Shown: positions 37,001 through 48,930 of the stretch, one piece after another
Layout: every line of letters begins with the position of its first letter
Position numbering within the stretch: the first letter of the stretch is position 1
Assembly: GCF_011745625.1 (NCBI RefSeq)
Contig: NW_027191457.1
Span: 868,001-932,000 of the forward strand
DNA: 64,000 nucleotides
Direction: 5' to 3'
Source of the DNA: Cladosporium halotolerans
Taxonomy: Eukaryota
Translations under genes and position numbers: made by a program
The notes under the pieces: model-generated
The model's input: the letters and a program-made list of their open reading frames with translations, nothing else
The model's database searches: none
What the model was told of the DNA's origin: nothing

Positions 37001-39385
37001 AGCGGGCTCGTATGCAATGCAGCTCTGCAAAGCAGTCACATGCGTCATATCCGCTTGTGCGCTTGAGGCGCCCAGTTCGAAAAGTAAGCGTGTGACTTCG
37101 GATGCCTTCTGAGGCGTCAACTTGAGAGCCAGTGAGAGGGTGAGTATTGCAGGGATTGTGTCGCGATGATAAAGTCCTGTTGGGACTACCGGCAGCAGAA
37201 CATCTGCGCCGAAGTCTTGGACTAGGCATTTGACTAGTTCAGCATGGCCATGAAGCACTGCAAGGTGAAGAGGGGAGGTTGGAGTATCCCATGCCAAGAC
37301 GTTCACATCGTATACATCCGGACTGTCATCTGTTTCGTCAGCTTTCTCGTTTGTGTCCACCTTCAGATTTTGGATGTTGATAATCGAGCCTTCGGTCGTG
37401 GCATCAACGTTGGTGTCTGTGTCCATCTCGTCGACCATATCGAACGTAGATTCTTCTACGGAAGCCTGTGTTTGACCATCAGCAGACCTCGCGGCTGAGC
37501 GCAACTTGCGGCGTGCTTCGAGTTGGTCGGCGGCCTTTTCCTCGTTTTCTTCACTCTTGCGCAGCAGTGCAGACGCCATCTGTACATCGCCGCGAATGCA
37601 AGCAATGTGGAGGGCAGTCTTGCCGTCAACAAGACGAGCAACGATACGAGCTCCCTTTTCGATGAGTGCCTGGACGATACTGAGGGTAGAGCAGGAAACT
37701 GCGAGGTGGAGTGGACACCTTCCGGTATGATCTCGCGTGTTCGGATCGTTTCCTTCCTGTTCGAGCCATTGCCGAACATATTCCAGATCCCCATCGACAA
37801 TGGCTTGACAAAGCATCTGCGTGTTTCCAACATACGCCATGTCGGTGTACTGCTCGGGGCTCAAGGGGTTGAAGCTACCGATCGCTTGTCTGCCGGGGTC
37901 ATCCTCGATGAAGCCGATGGGTCCAGAGATGAAGCTCTTGCTCTCTTGCTCGGCAACTTCTTCCTCCTCAACGGTGACAGCAGCAGGGCAATCGCCACAG
38001 CAGTCACCAATGACATCTTCTACAGACCCGAAGAAGGCAGGATGTCTGTGCAAATTGACTTCACGGTCCTTCGGCTTGTTCCATTCCGCATTCAGCACTG
38101 CGCAGGCATGTCATTAGAACGATTCTTGAAAGTCATCAGTGGTCAACTTACGCATGTCTTTCGTAAACAGAATCTTCTCGATCTTCCGCGCATGAAATTT
38201 TGGCCCGTACGGTATCGAACAGGTGTGATAGTTGGACGAGGCTTCGTCGACGTCATCCCATTCGGCGACTTCGTCCTCCCATTTGTTCTTGATGTTGCCT
38301 CTGATGAAGCGTCGCCTCATTCGAGAGCGATCAGCTGCGGGACGTCCTCTCTCTTGTCGACGTTGGTCGATATACGCTTCGCGTTCCGAACTCTTCGGCA
38401 GTTTCTCCAGGATTAGAAGACGAGCGAGTCCTTCCGTGCGGAAGAAGCTGCGCTCATAAATGGTCGGGTCGATGCGAGATCTATCCAGTCCAGGGAATTT
38501 GACTTCGAATCCACGGTGGCGATACTTCGAAAGCCTGTTCTCATACGATGGCGAGCGGCGTGACAAGTCGATCGTATTTGTCTGTGTCATGTAAGCAGCG
38601 AGCGCCCTCGGGCTAGCCCATACTTGGTTTCCGTCGAAGGCGGCACAACTGCAGTCGACATCGAATCCAGTGAGAATCTCGGCGACGGATTTGTAGATGC
38701 GCAGCACGATCTGCACATGGCGAACTGGATACTGGCTGGCGATCGTAATTGTGTTCTTGGTGCGGATGGTCGTAGTCTCTACCAACAAGGCATCTCGCAC
38801 ATTCTTCTCTATTTGCTTGATCTTCTCAATGGCCTGTGCCTCCGTCAAATCGTACAAAAAGATGTCGACATCCGAGGCTGGAGCGACAATCTCATGGAAG
38901 TAGCGTCGAAGATTCCTCTTGGACCCGGCATGTGGTTTGGGAATCGACAACAAGGAGGTTACCACTGCAGAACCCGCGACAACAACGTTGCTCCAGTCGA
39001 GGTCAACAAGCGAAGACTCGGAAAAGATGTTGAAGTTCGTCTTGAACTCCTGTAGAGATTGAGCGATGGCGGGCGCGCCGTCGGGTTTGCGTTCATTGGG
39101 AAGAAGCGGCATGATGTAGCTGTCCTTTTCCTTCTCCGACTCAGCCTCAAGATTACGAGCGCGGATCTTGACCTTGTTTTCGTGACCCGCGAAGACTGGT
39201 ACAACGCTGGTGCCACTCGCAGCAGCATGCTCTGGCTGCTGGGCAAACACCTTGCGTAACTCGGCCTCGTAGTGCTGGAATGGTTGTAACAGATTTGACA
39301 TTGGTGTATCCTGATTGTCCGCGACATACTCGATGAATTGAGCATGGTCAACCGGGAGTTGAGGCAGTATCGTGGCGGCGTCCAT
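34052..39385 (-). CDS. 1759-aa protein: N-terminal nucleotidyltransferase-like domain plus long ankyrin-repeat region; intron 38098-38151
   Basis: The two ORFs join by GTAAGT..CTAAT..CAG (KDM|LLNAEW). Ankyrin repeats: GRCPLHLAV, GKTALHIAC, TSPLHLAV, GFTPLLIAF, GNTPLHVL. NTase-like motifs: VAGSAV..SDVDIF..VQIV..FDVDC. Confidence 0.85.
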
Positions 39386-39962
39386 GATGTTCGAACGTGA
39401 GAGTGTGAGTGAAGTTGTAATGCGCAGTTCGAGGATGAGCTCTCTTCTGCGGAGCCTCGAAGCAGAGTACGGTCTCTTATACTATGGGTCGTCGAATGAC
39501 ATGATTGTAAGAAGCGACGGCGTGACTTGATCTAGCCAACAGCTTTGTGTTTGGCCAATGTCAAGTCAACGGGAAAGGCAAGGCGGCTTGCCAACCGACG
39601 CCACTCGACGCGATCAAGGCAGCAACAGCGCGGGCCACAGCGCTCGGACGCCGTTTCTTCAGGACGCAAAAATACCATGCATTCGGGTGAAGACGAATTA
39701 TACATAGGCAACACTATCATGTATAGAGAAGCTGGGTATTCTACGCTAGTCTCGTGAATAGAATCAATCAATTCGCTTCGTACAATGGCTTCATGAATGG
39801 CGCGACAGTTACTTAGACCTCATAACGATGGACACCTTCGCACTCCGTCAGGATGGGACATAAATGTTGCTGCGGACGCGGAAGAACGGCAAAAAGTCAT
39901 CCATAATACCTACATTCATGGATACTACCTGAGCAAAAGCAAAAGATAAGGTGAACATCTGT

Positions 39963-40063
39963 TACAAACCCCCGGAATCGAACCAGGAACCTTCTGTGCT
40001 GCCATCAGCTTGCATGTTGCAACTGTTGTTAGACAGAAATCATAACCGCTAGACCAGGCTTGC
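39963..40063 (-). tRNA. tRNA-Val(AAC) with 28-nt intron
   Basis: GCAAGCC/GGTTTGT acceptor, TGGTCTAGCGG A-box, TCTGT-CTAACA[intron]C-ACAGA, CCTGG-TTCGATT-CCGGG. Confidence 0.9.
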
Positions 40064-40279
40064 TGATTTCAATCGTACAATTGATGTTCACGGAAACATT
40101 GTGCTGTTCATATCGCTTTGACTTTGTAGGCAGCTTGATCATCAAGCGGACTTAACATTCCGCATGGGAGATGTCGTGCGCCGTGATATAGATCAAGTGA
40201 CATGGCCCTGGAGATCATACATTCGGTATTAGCTGTTCCACCAAACTCATGCATAGGCACCTCAATGATGCGTTCAACA

Positions 40280-42520
40280 CTAGAAGTCCGGCAATCCATA
40301 TTGACTGAGCTGCGTCTCAAGGTATGCTCGAAAGCCCTCATCGGAAGAAGCAAACTCATCAAGTCTCGGTCCTAGGACGTCGAGGAAAGGATAGTTCCCT
40401 TCACCTGAAACGTTTCCCATGCCATTGTTGGCCTCCAGAAGAGGCAGTGGCGCAGTCGCGTTATTCATGGCAAAACTCGATGCTCCTTGGCTAGGCTTGA
40501 CAGGGTGTGGATGATAGCCGTTGACGTGTGTTTGGTCGTAGGCGCCATCGGTCGCATTAGTTGATGATGCTCCAGCAAAATCTGGAATGCTGATTAGCTT
40601 CAGCTCGAACACGAGTCTTGATCGTCTTCGTTACCTCGCATCAAGCGCCGTCGGCATTCTCCAGCATTTGCCCAGGCTTTTCCAACGATCGACAGGCATT
40701 TGACGCAAAGATCGATTTGCTGCTGCACCTCGTACTGACTGTGCTGGCTCTCGGTTTCTGTGCCGTGTTGCCATAATGTTGCAGCCGCGAGCACAATTGG
40801 GAAGATGATATCGCAGGGCAACCGTGTGAGGTCTTCGACGTACGCGGCCAGTATGGCGCACATGTCTCTGGCTGCAGATAGACATGCCTCGATGGGTTGG
40901 TGGCCGGGTTGTAACTGCTGGGCTGGTGACCAGTCGTATTCTAGCCAGTAGAAATGGAAGGGTCTGTTGACGAGGATCATGGATGCTAGTGTCCACTAGC
41001 TTGGATGTCAGCCATCATTGCAAGTCACCGTGACTTCGTTCAGTCTTGGGTGGTGGGTAACATCATGCTCACAATCTGTGAGACGCATATGAACCAGGAA
41101 CGACTTACCATACTGTTGATGATTGCCACTGGTGGCACATTCGGTCGGAACAGGCCATTCGCCATAGTCGATATGTTAGACTTCTTCAAAGTCACATTGA
41201 ATTCCTTCAGTCTGTTCCACAAGGACATTCGCATGGCCTCGGCAGCCTCAAAATCGCTGCAAATCCGCTGCTTACTGGTGACCGAGCATGTAGCTCGTAG
41301 AAGATCCTCCAAGATCATACATAATTGGATTGTCAGCTCAAATCCTGACATGGTGTGTGATTTGATCCGGACAACCTCTTCAGTGTCGCTTCGCCGGAAC
41401 TGTAGTAGGTAGAATTCGTCCGACTCGGCTGTTGAGGGATAGGGCGCGGTAGTATCCTCAGACCTCAACGATATGGGTCTGCTCAAGCCGCAGGCGAGTA
41501 CCTTGTCGAGAATGTACACGTTCCACCATAAACGCGATGCCACTTGGGTCTTGATGTGGTCTGTCTCCGCCGGTCGACTCTCATTCAGCTTCAGATCAAT
41601 GGCCATGCCTCCAGCAATGTTACAGAGCATCGCAGCATTGGAGCCCTCGCCGAGCCCGTGCTGCTGCAAAGCCAGTATGACCAGGGTCTGACAGCTTTCG
41701 ATGGATGGATTAATGAAGTTTAGTGGATGGAAGACGCTGGATGCTCGGGTGTTCCCTTCCTTCTTCTGCAAAGCCAGCAACGCCGCTTCGAAAAACACCG
41801 CCGGAGATGGGATTTGATCTCCAGGAGTCTCCCTGGGGCTCGAGTTCGAGATCTCTACACATGCCGCTATCGAGTAGACCGCGTACAGCACTGCTGGGGC
41901 GAATGCATCTGAGTCCACGCTGCTGCTGCCGGTATCGTGCATTGGCATGTATAGGATGGGCCATATAGGGTGTATGTTCGCAAAGTAGGCCTTGAAGAGT
42001 CTGGCCGACATCTCATTGCTGACTGCGAGGTCATTTTCCTGGCCGCTACTGCCTCGTCTGTCGTGCGCGAGGCTCGAGAGGGATGCTGTCTCGTCTTCAT
42101 GATTCGTCCAGCTCCCCGTCGAAGCAGTCGCGCTTTGAATGTCATTCCGAGGCAATCGTTCGCTTCGACTGTTATCCTCTTTCTGCAAGACTCTGGACGG
42201 CAATCTTGCGCTGTTGCTAAGAATCAAGGATGGTCTACGTCTGTTATCATGCCCGTATCAATAAAGCCTGGTCGCAACGATGTCGTTGGAAGGAGCTGGA
42301 CGAACGTTTTATTTCTTTTCGATATGCCATAATGGCAATGCCTCGAATTCTCCGAGCATTGATTACACGTTGGTACTACGCCATCACACTACAGCGGGCC
42401 ATTAGCGAGATCCGAATACGTACTCCCAACCACACACAAGTAACTCACTTTCGTCTTGCGCTGGCCGCAGGGAATGCACGCCTGCGACACACGCTGTCGG
42501 GAACGGTTATCGCGGGGCAT
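40280..42520 (-). CDS. Zn(II)2Cys6 transcription factor (fungal_trans domain), divergent from the amine oxidase
   Basis: ACIPCGQRKTK|CDGVVPTCNQCSENSRHCHY, YFANIHPIWPIL, RLWWNVYILDKVLACGLSRP. Confidence 0.88.
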
Positions 42521-42888
42521 GGCATCACGTAAAATCAGCAGCCACTTATGGCTGCTAGTGGATTCGATAACAAATGGATACAGGCTGACAGGCAAACACG
42601 GCGTGATGGGAGCCCTGATAGCCGGGGATGGCGTGTCATAGCCAGGCAAGCCCCGCCGGCTATGGGAGCGTTTTCTCTCAAAAGTTTGCAGAATATTGGG
42701 TGCTGATTGCGGGCTTCGGCGCAATCCCTCCCCAACGCATGTTTCTGCTTACTTTTGAAATTCAGATCTGCCATACCCGTCCCATACCCGACGCCCCACA
42801 TGATCTCTACCAAGATATCTTACATTTCACTGCGAACGCTCGACCTCTGAGGTCCAAAATATAGCAGCATTTCATATACACTGCAAGC

Positions 42889-45211
42889 ATGGCATTGGAG
42901 CGTTTGCAAGATACCCTCGGTCAATTGGCCGGCAAGGTGGGCGGCCTGACCACACAGACTCGCCACCCGCTCGATCCTCTGACAGAAGACGAGATCGCCA
43001 TCGCAGTCAGCGTGGTCAAGGAGAGGAAAAGCGATGTAATTTTCAACGCAGTCACCCTCTTGGAACCCAAGAAGGCGGATCTCCGAACATGGGTCGAATC
43101 CGGAGATGCCGAGCTTCCTAGGATGGCGGATGTCATCGCCAGCAGCAAAGGCAACAAGATCTACGACGTGCTGGTTGATATCAAGGCTAAGGCTGTTGTC
43201 CGATGGGAGGAGCCTAAGGATGTTTACCCTGGTATCACTATGGAGGATCTGATGGTCGTTGAGGAGATTGTGAGGAAGGATCCCAAAGTGATTGAGCAGT
43301 GTGGCATTCTCGGTATTCCTCCGACAGACATGCACAAGGTCTACTGCGATCCCTGGACCATTGGGTGCGTACTTTAACTGGTTTTGATGAGCTAGGCTTG
43401 GAGCTTCCCATTGACTTGCTTCCGCAGATACGATGAGCGATTCACCGACGGCTCAAGGCTCCAGCAGGCTTTGATGTACTACCGGCCCAACGTCGACGAC
43501 CTGCAATATACCTACCCTCTCGACTTCTGTCCGATCTACAATATTGAAACCCAGGAGATCATTCACATCGACGTCCCCGAAAAGCGCCGACCTCTGAACA
43601 AAGCACCTCCGACTAATTACGATGCGGAGTCTATTCAGAAGGAAATCGGTCTCAGGGACGATCTCAAGCCTATTCATATTACTCAGCCCGAAGGGGTGTC
43701 TTTCAAGCTGGACGGAAGGACTATCGACTGGCAAAAGTGGAACTTCCACATCGGTTTCAACTACAGGGAGGGTATTGTGCTTTCCAACGTCACCTTCAAC
43801 GATCGCGGCAATGTCAGACCCGTAAGTATACATCGCCTCGAAGTGGTCAGGTTCAAATCTCATAAATGCTTAGGTCTTCTGGCGCATTTCTCTCGCTGAA
43901 ATGGTTGTGCCTTACGGTAACCCTGACCACCCACACCATAGGAAGCACGCCTTCGACCTTGGTGAATATGGCGCTGGCTATATGACCAACCCGCTCGCAA
44001 TGGGTTGCGACTGCAAGGGCGCAATTCACTACTTGGATGCCTCGTTCGTGAGGAAGTAGGTTATCCCGCAGCGGTAGCCTGATCAATCTCAAGCTGACCG
44101 GTGATGCCTAGGAACGGCGAACCGTATACCATCAAGAATGCAATCTGCATCCACGAAGAGGACGACGGAATCCTCTTCAAGCACACTGATTTCCGTAAGT
44201 TCGAGTCTTCTCGATAGCATTCAGCAGATACTCATCCCTTCCACAGGCGACGAATCTTCCACGACTACTAGAGCCCGCAAGCTCATCATCAGCCAAATCT
44301 TCACCGCCGGCAACTACGAATACTGCATCTACTGGATCATGCACCAAGACGGCGTGATCCAGCTCGAAGTCAAACTCACCGGCATCCTATCGACCTACGC
44401 CCTCGCGCCTGGCGAGTCCGCCGCCCCCTACGGCACCGAAGTGTACCCCGGGGTCAACGCGCACCACCACCAGCACCTCTTCTGCCTGCGCCTCGACCCC
44501 TCCATCGACGGCCACGCCAACACCGTCTTCGAAGTCGACGCCGTCGCCAGCGACGCCCCCGTCGGCAGCCGCGAGAACCGCTACGGCAACGCCTTCATGG
44601 CCCGCAAGACCCCGCTGCAGACCATGGCCGCCGGCATCAGCGACTACAACCCCTCCCGCACCTGGGACATCGCCAACACCAACAAGCTCAACCCTCACAG
44701 CGGCAACCCGGTCTCGTACAAGCTCGTCTCGCGCGAGGTCCCCGGCCTCATGCCCAAGGAGGGCAGTCTGGTCTGGAACCGCGCCGGCTTCGCCCGCCAC
44801 GCCGTGCACGTCACGCGCCACGCAGACGAGCAGCAGTTCCCCGCCGGCCGCCACGTGCCGCAGCACTCCGGCGAGCCGTCTCAAGGTACGTGAATGAAGA
44901 GTCAAAGAGATAAAAAAAATGAAGAGAAATCTCATCTAACAACCCCCACCGTCACAGGCCTCCCCGCCTGGATCGCGGCCAACGGCCCCGCCAGCATCGC
45001 GAACGAGGACATCGTGGTCTGGCACACGTTCGGCGTCACGCACTTCCCGTCGCCTGAGGACTACCCAATCATGCCCGCGGAGCCCATGTCGGTGCTGCTG
45101 CGGCCGCGCAACTTCTTCGCGCAGAACCCGTGCCTGGACGTCCCGCCGAGCTACTCGAGCACGCCGAGTGGGGTGCGGGAGGGGAGGAGGGCGTTTAGGG
45201 GGGGTGCGTAG
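42889..45211 (+). CDS. Peroxisomal copper-containing amine oxidase; five introns
   Basis: HPLDPLT, DPWTIG, TPQ motif GNYEY, HHHQHLF and WHTFGVTH copper ligands, EDYPIMP. N-terminal PTS2 RLQDTLGQL. Confidence 0.95.
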
Positions 45212-45504
45212 GGGTTTGTTGGTGGAGGGATGGTGGGGATAGTGGGAGGGCATGGGGATGCGTGGTCGTTGGAGAGGAGATGGCATTCAACGTGGTGGCG
45301 TTGGTGCTGTGCTGAGGTGATGGGATTTATTATAGAAAGCTGGGATATGTGATTGAAACTTTACTGCACGAGAGATATGAGCACATGCATGCAAATGCTT
45401 ATCGATATAGTGTTTAGCCAACGGGAGGATGGGGGTTGGATGGAGTGTTGCATAGGTATATGAAATGCCGAACAGTCTCAATCCTCACAATCCAAGCGAT
45501 TCAA

Positions 45505-45597
45505 TCCTCGCTGGCGCAACCGGTAGCGCGTTCGGCTGTTACGATCTCAGGATCTCAGCACACCGGAAGGTTAGTGGTTCGAGCCCACTGTGAGGAG
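45505..45597 (+). tRNA. tRNA-Asn(GTT) with 20-nt intron (45542-45561)
   Basis: TCCTCGC/GTGAGGA acceptor, GCGC D-stem, TTCGG-CTGTTA[intron]A-CCGGA, AGTGG-TTCGAGC-CCACT, downstream T-tract. Confidence 0.92.
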
Positions 45598-47388
45598 CTA
45601 GACATGATCGTCGAGCTTCATCTTTTGCTTTTTGCTACTATCTAGCAATCCTGCAAATTCCTCTGCGATTTATTTTTGTTCATTCTTTGGAGTGTACCTA
45701 GACGCCCAAAGATCAGCCGCACAGCCTCGCTGCTTCGACGCGGCGTTCGCAGGAAAGCCGCGCCGAAGGAGGCGCTCCACGAACACTGCCATTACTTGGC
45801 GCACGCAATGCAAGAATAGCACAGGATTCACAAGTGGAGATCGTCGCATGACGGTGCAGCACTACTACTGCACTTCGTCTCGTCGCTACTTTATAGTACA
45901 TGCAGGCTACGGACGAGAAAGCTGGCGTTTTCACATGACGTGCTTACAGCGCCGTAACAGCGTGCAATTGCGCGACGGCGACTACGGATGCTAGGTACAG
46001 GACCGGAAGCGCCGGAAGGGCTGTCGCTGATGAGATGATGATCGATTGCATCTAATAAGATTGCGTCGCTGGCGGTGATGGGGTGGTAAGCGGGAGAGTC
46101 GAGAGTTTGCGCTTATTATTGTGCGCAGTTGCTACGCGCGGATGCAGGCTTGATCGCGGGATTGGAAAGTAGATACCTAAGGTAGGTACCTAACCACTGA
46201 TGGCATGGCACACTTGCTCAACGCGAAGGACACAGTTTCAGCCCGCAGCGCAAAGGCACCAAGGCACGACTTGCGCACGCGAGCCTACGCCTCTCTTGGC
46301 TGCGTGGGGGGCCAACAAGCTTTCAGCCAAGCAGCCCTCCTTGGCTGCGTCGGGCAAGGCCTCGCGTGTCACTGATCGCGTGCGCGCGGCGACGACAGCG
46401 GATGCACAAATTGCCGTGACGGCGGTGGCGCGCGCGAGGCTGCGGATGCCGGGAGATTGGGCGGCCGATCGGGCTGGCAGAGCTTCGAGGTGGTGTCTGA
46501 CCGGTGTGAAGGCGTTTGAGATTGGAGGATGGAGCGCGCTGGGCGCAATCTCCCGCACAGGAGGATGGAGGATGGCATACAGTAGGCAGGGCCAGCGTGG
46601 AGGCTGCTGCTGCTCCGCGGGCCACTTCTCCTCAGCCCAGCCCAGCCCAGTCCAGTCGGCCGACCCGACGTCCGTCGCCCGCGGAGCCGTTACTATTGTA
46701 GCGTGGGTAGGTGCTGTACGGTACTGTACGGTACAGTAAGGCAGGCATGGCAGGGCGAGAGGGCAGGCTCAGGCAGGGCCCAGCACAGCAGCGACAAGCC
46801 CGCGCAAGCTCACCAACCGCGCTGGGGCTCCCACCACTACTGGCCATGGGGGCGCCGCAATGCGTGGACGGGCAACGCCAGGCCGCGCCAGCGACCACCG
46901 CGGCAGGGTTCAGACACTGCCACCCGCTGCGCCCGTCCGCTCGTTCTCGCACCCCTCGGATCTGCTCCGAACCCAAACCCGGCCGTAGTCTGCCACTGCC
47001 GCCGCCCGCGCGCCCACTCCATTCGCCAGGCGACCGCGGGCGGCCCCGTTGAAAGGAGATCTGCTGGTTCGTGTTGACGCCCGCACGCACTCCCTCCCAG
47101 GCACCCGCCGCCGACTCCATCAAGCTTTCTTCACGCCACGCCTGGCCATACTTCCTGTCCTTCTTTCGCTCCCTTGCCCTCGCCTTCCGCATCCGCTCTT
47201 TTGTGCCTGCCTTCGCTCTGCGCCTACGCCATTGCCCGGACCCTGTACATACCCACCTACCGTCAACATACGCCTACGATTAATGTCTACGCCCTAACCG
47301 CGTCTCTCGCTTACCCCTACTGTACACACACCTCGGCGCCTGGAGTCTCACGAGACCACCGTCTGATTCACCAACACCCTCACACACA

Positions 47389-48734
47389 ATGACTTCCGAA
47401 TCACCAGCATTGGGCAAGCCCCAATCGCAGTCGCGCGAATGGTTTGAACCTCTGGTAGGCCTCCACTCTGCTCCTTGAGCCCCAACAACACCAGCTAAAC
47501 AAACCGCAGATCGTCGTCAGCATAATGATCGGCTCTCTCATCATCAACCGACACCGCGACTTCAGCATCTTCCAGAAAAAGCGACGAGCAACATACGAGC
47601 GATCACAGTCCGCAGACAGCCTTCTCTCCGGCTCAGACCGTGAAAGCGATGACGAGACGATTGGCGACAACCTGCGCAGCGAGAAGTCATTTCTGGGACA
47701 AAGGCAAACAATCTGGGGGGTTCAATTGGATACTTCGAGGTTCGCCGGCAACCTGCACAGCCGGATCCTGCAAAAGTACCCCTTTCTGATCGAGATGTTC
47801 TATTGGGCTCTGAACTACGTGGTCTACACAATGACAAAGAAGATCGCATCGCACATGTACGCATTGCAGGGCGCGCACGAGGTCACCGAGCTTGCGCAGA
47901 AGCACGCTCTCGATATCCTGTGGTTTGAGCACGACTCGGTCTTCCGCTTCCTTTTCCCCTTCAAGGAGGTCAGCGTTCAGAAGTACTTCCTCGAAAACCA
48001 CCAGAGCATCCTCACGGCGTTCAACCAGCTCTACTCACTGGTTCACATCCCCGGCACTGTTGCGTGAGTTTCACTTGGTTGCCTCTTGCAAGTCTTGCTC
48101 CCACTGACCTTCCTTCAGCTTCCTGTCTTGGTACTACTTCGTCGCGCCGAACCACAACGCCTTCGCAACCGTCCGCCGCACAATCACCCTCGGCAACTTC
48201 GCCGCCTTCTTCGTCTTCGCCTTCTACCCCTGCATGCCTCCCCGCCTCCTCCCCGAGTCCTACGGCTTCCAAGACACCGTCCGCCAAGAGAACGCCGAGA
48301 GCGTCTGGGTCAAGTCCAGCAACGTCAACCAGCTCGCCGCCATGCCCTCCCTGCACTTCACCTACGCCTTCACCATCGGCTGCACCTTCCTCTACCACTC
48401 CGGCCTCCTGCCCGCCCTGCTGGGCAAAGCCCGCCGGCAGTCGCGCCTCTCCGCCCTCGCCGGCGCCGCCTACGCCCTCGCCGCCCTCGCCTACCCGCTC
48501 CTCGTCCTCCTCATCATCGTCACCACCGCAAACCACTTCTGGCTCGACGCCGCCGTCGCCACCCTCTCCGTCACCCTCTCCTTCTTCGCCAACAAGCTCT
48601 GGCTCGTCCTCCAGCCCATGGAGCTCCTGCTCCAGCTCCTCCTGCGCGTCGAGAAGCCCGTCCCCACCACCGGCTTGCACAGGCGCATGGACGCCCGCGC
48701 CGAGAGCAGGGGCCGCGCGCCTTCGCTGGTGTAA
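47389..48734 (+). CDS. PAP2-superfamily integral membrane protein (Aur1/Ipt1-like inositolphosphotransferase domain); introns 47455-47509 and 48064-48118
   Basis: PFLIEMFYWAL, YSLVHIPGT, PCMPPRLLP, NQLAAMPSLHF, TANHFWLDA, multiple hydrophobic helices. Confidence 0.85.
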
Positions 48735-48903
48735 ATTTAGGGGCTGGATTGGTGGGGCTTACTGGCGTTGTTTTGGCGAGGTTTTTTGGTGTTTTCTTTG
48801 GGTTGCGTTGGGTTGGGTTGGGAATAGCACTTGCGAAAGAGAGAAGAGAGAAGAGAGACTGTTCAGCATTTACCTACCTGCCTCTTTTCTCTCATACCCC
48901 TCA

Positions 48904-48930
48904 GGCAGGGGCAGGGGCAGGGGCAGGGGC
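48904..48930 (+). repeat. (GGGGCA)n hexamer repeat downstream of the PAP2-like gene
   Basis: ggcaggggcaggggcaggggcaggggc read directly. Confidence 0.85.
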
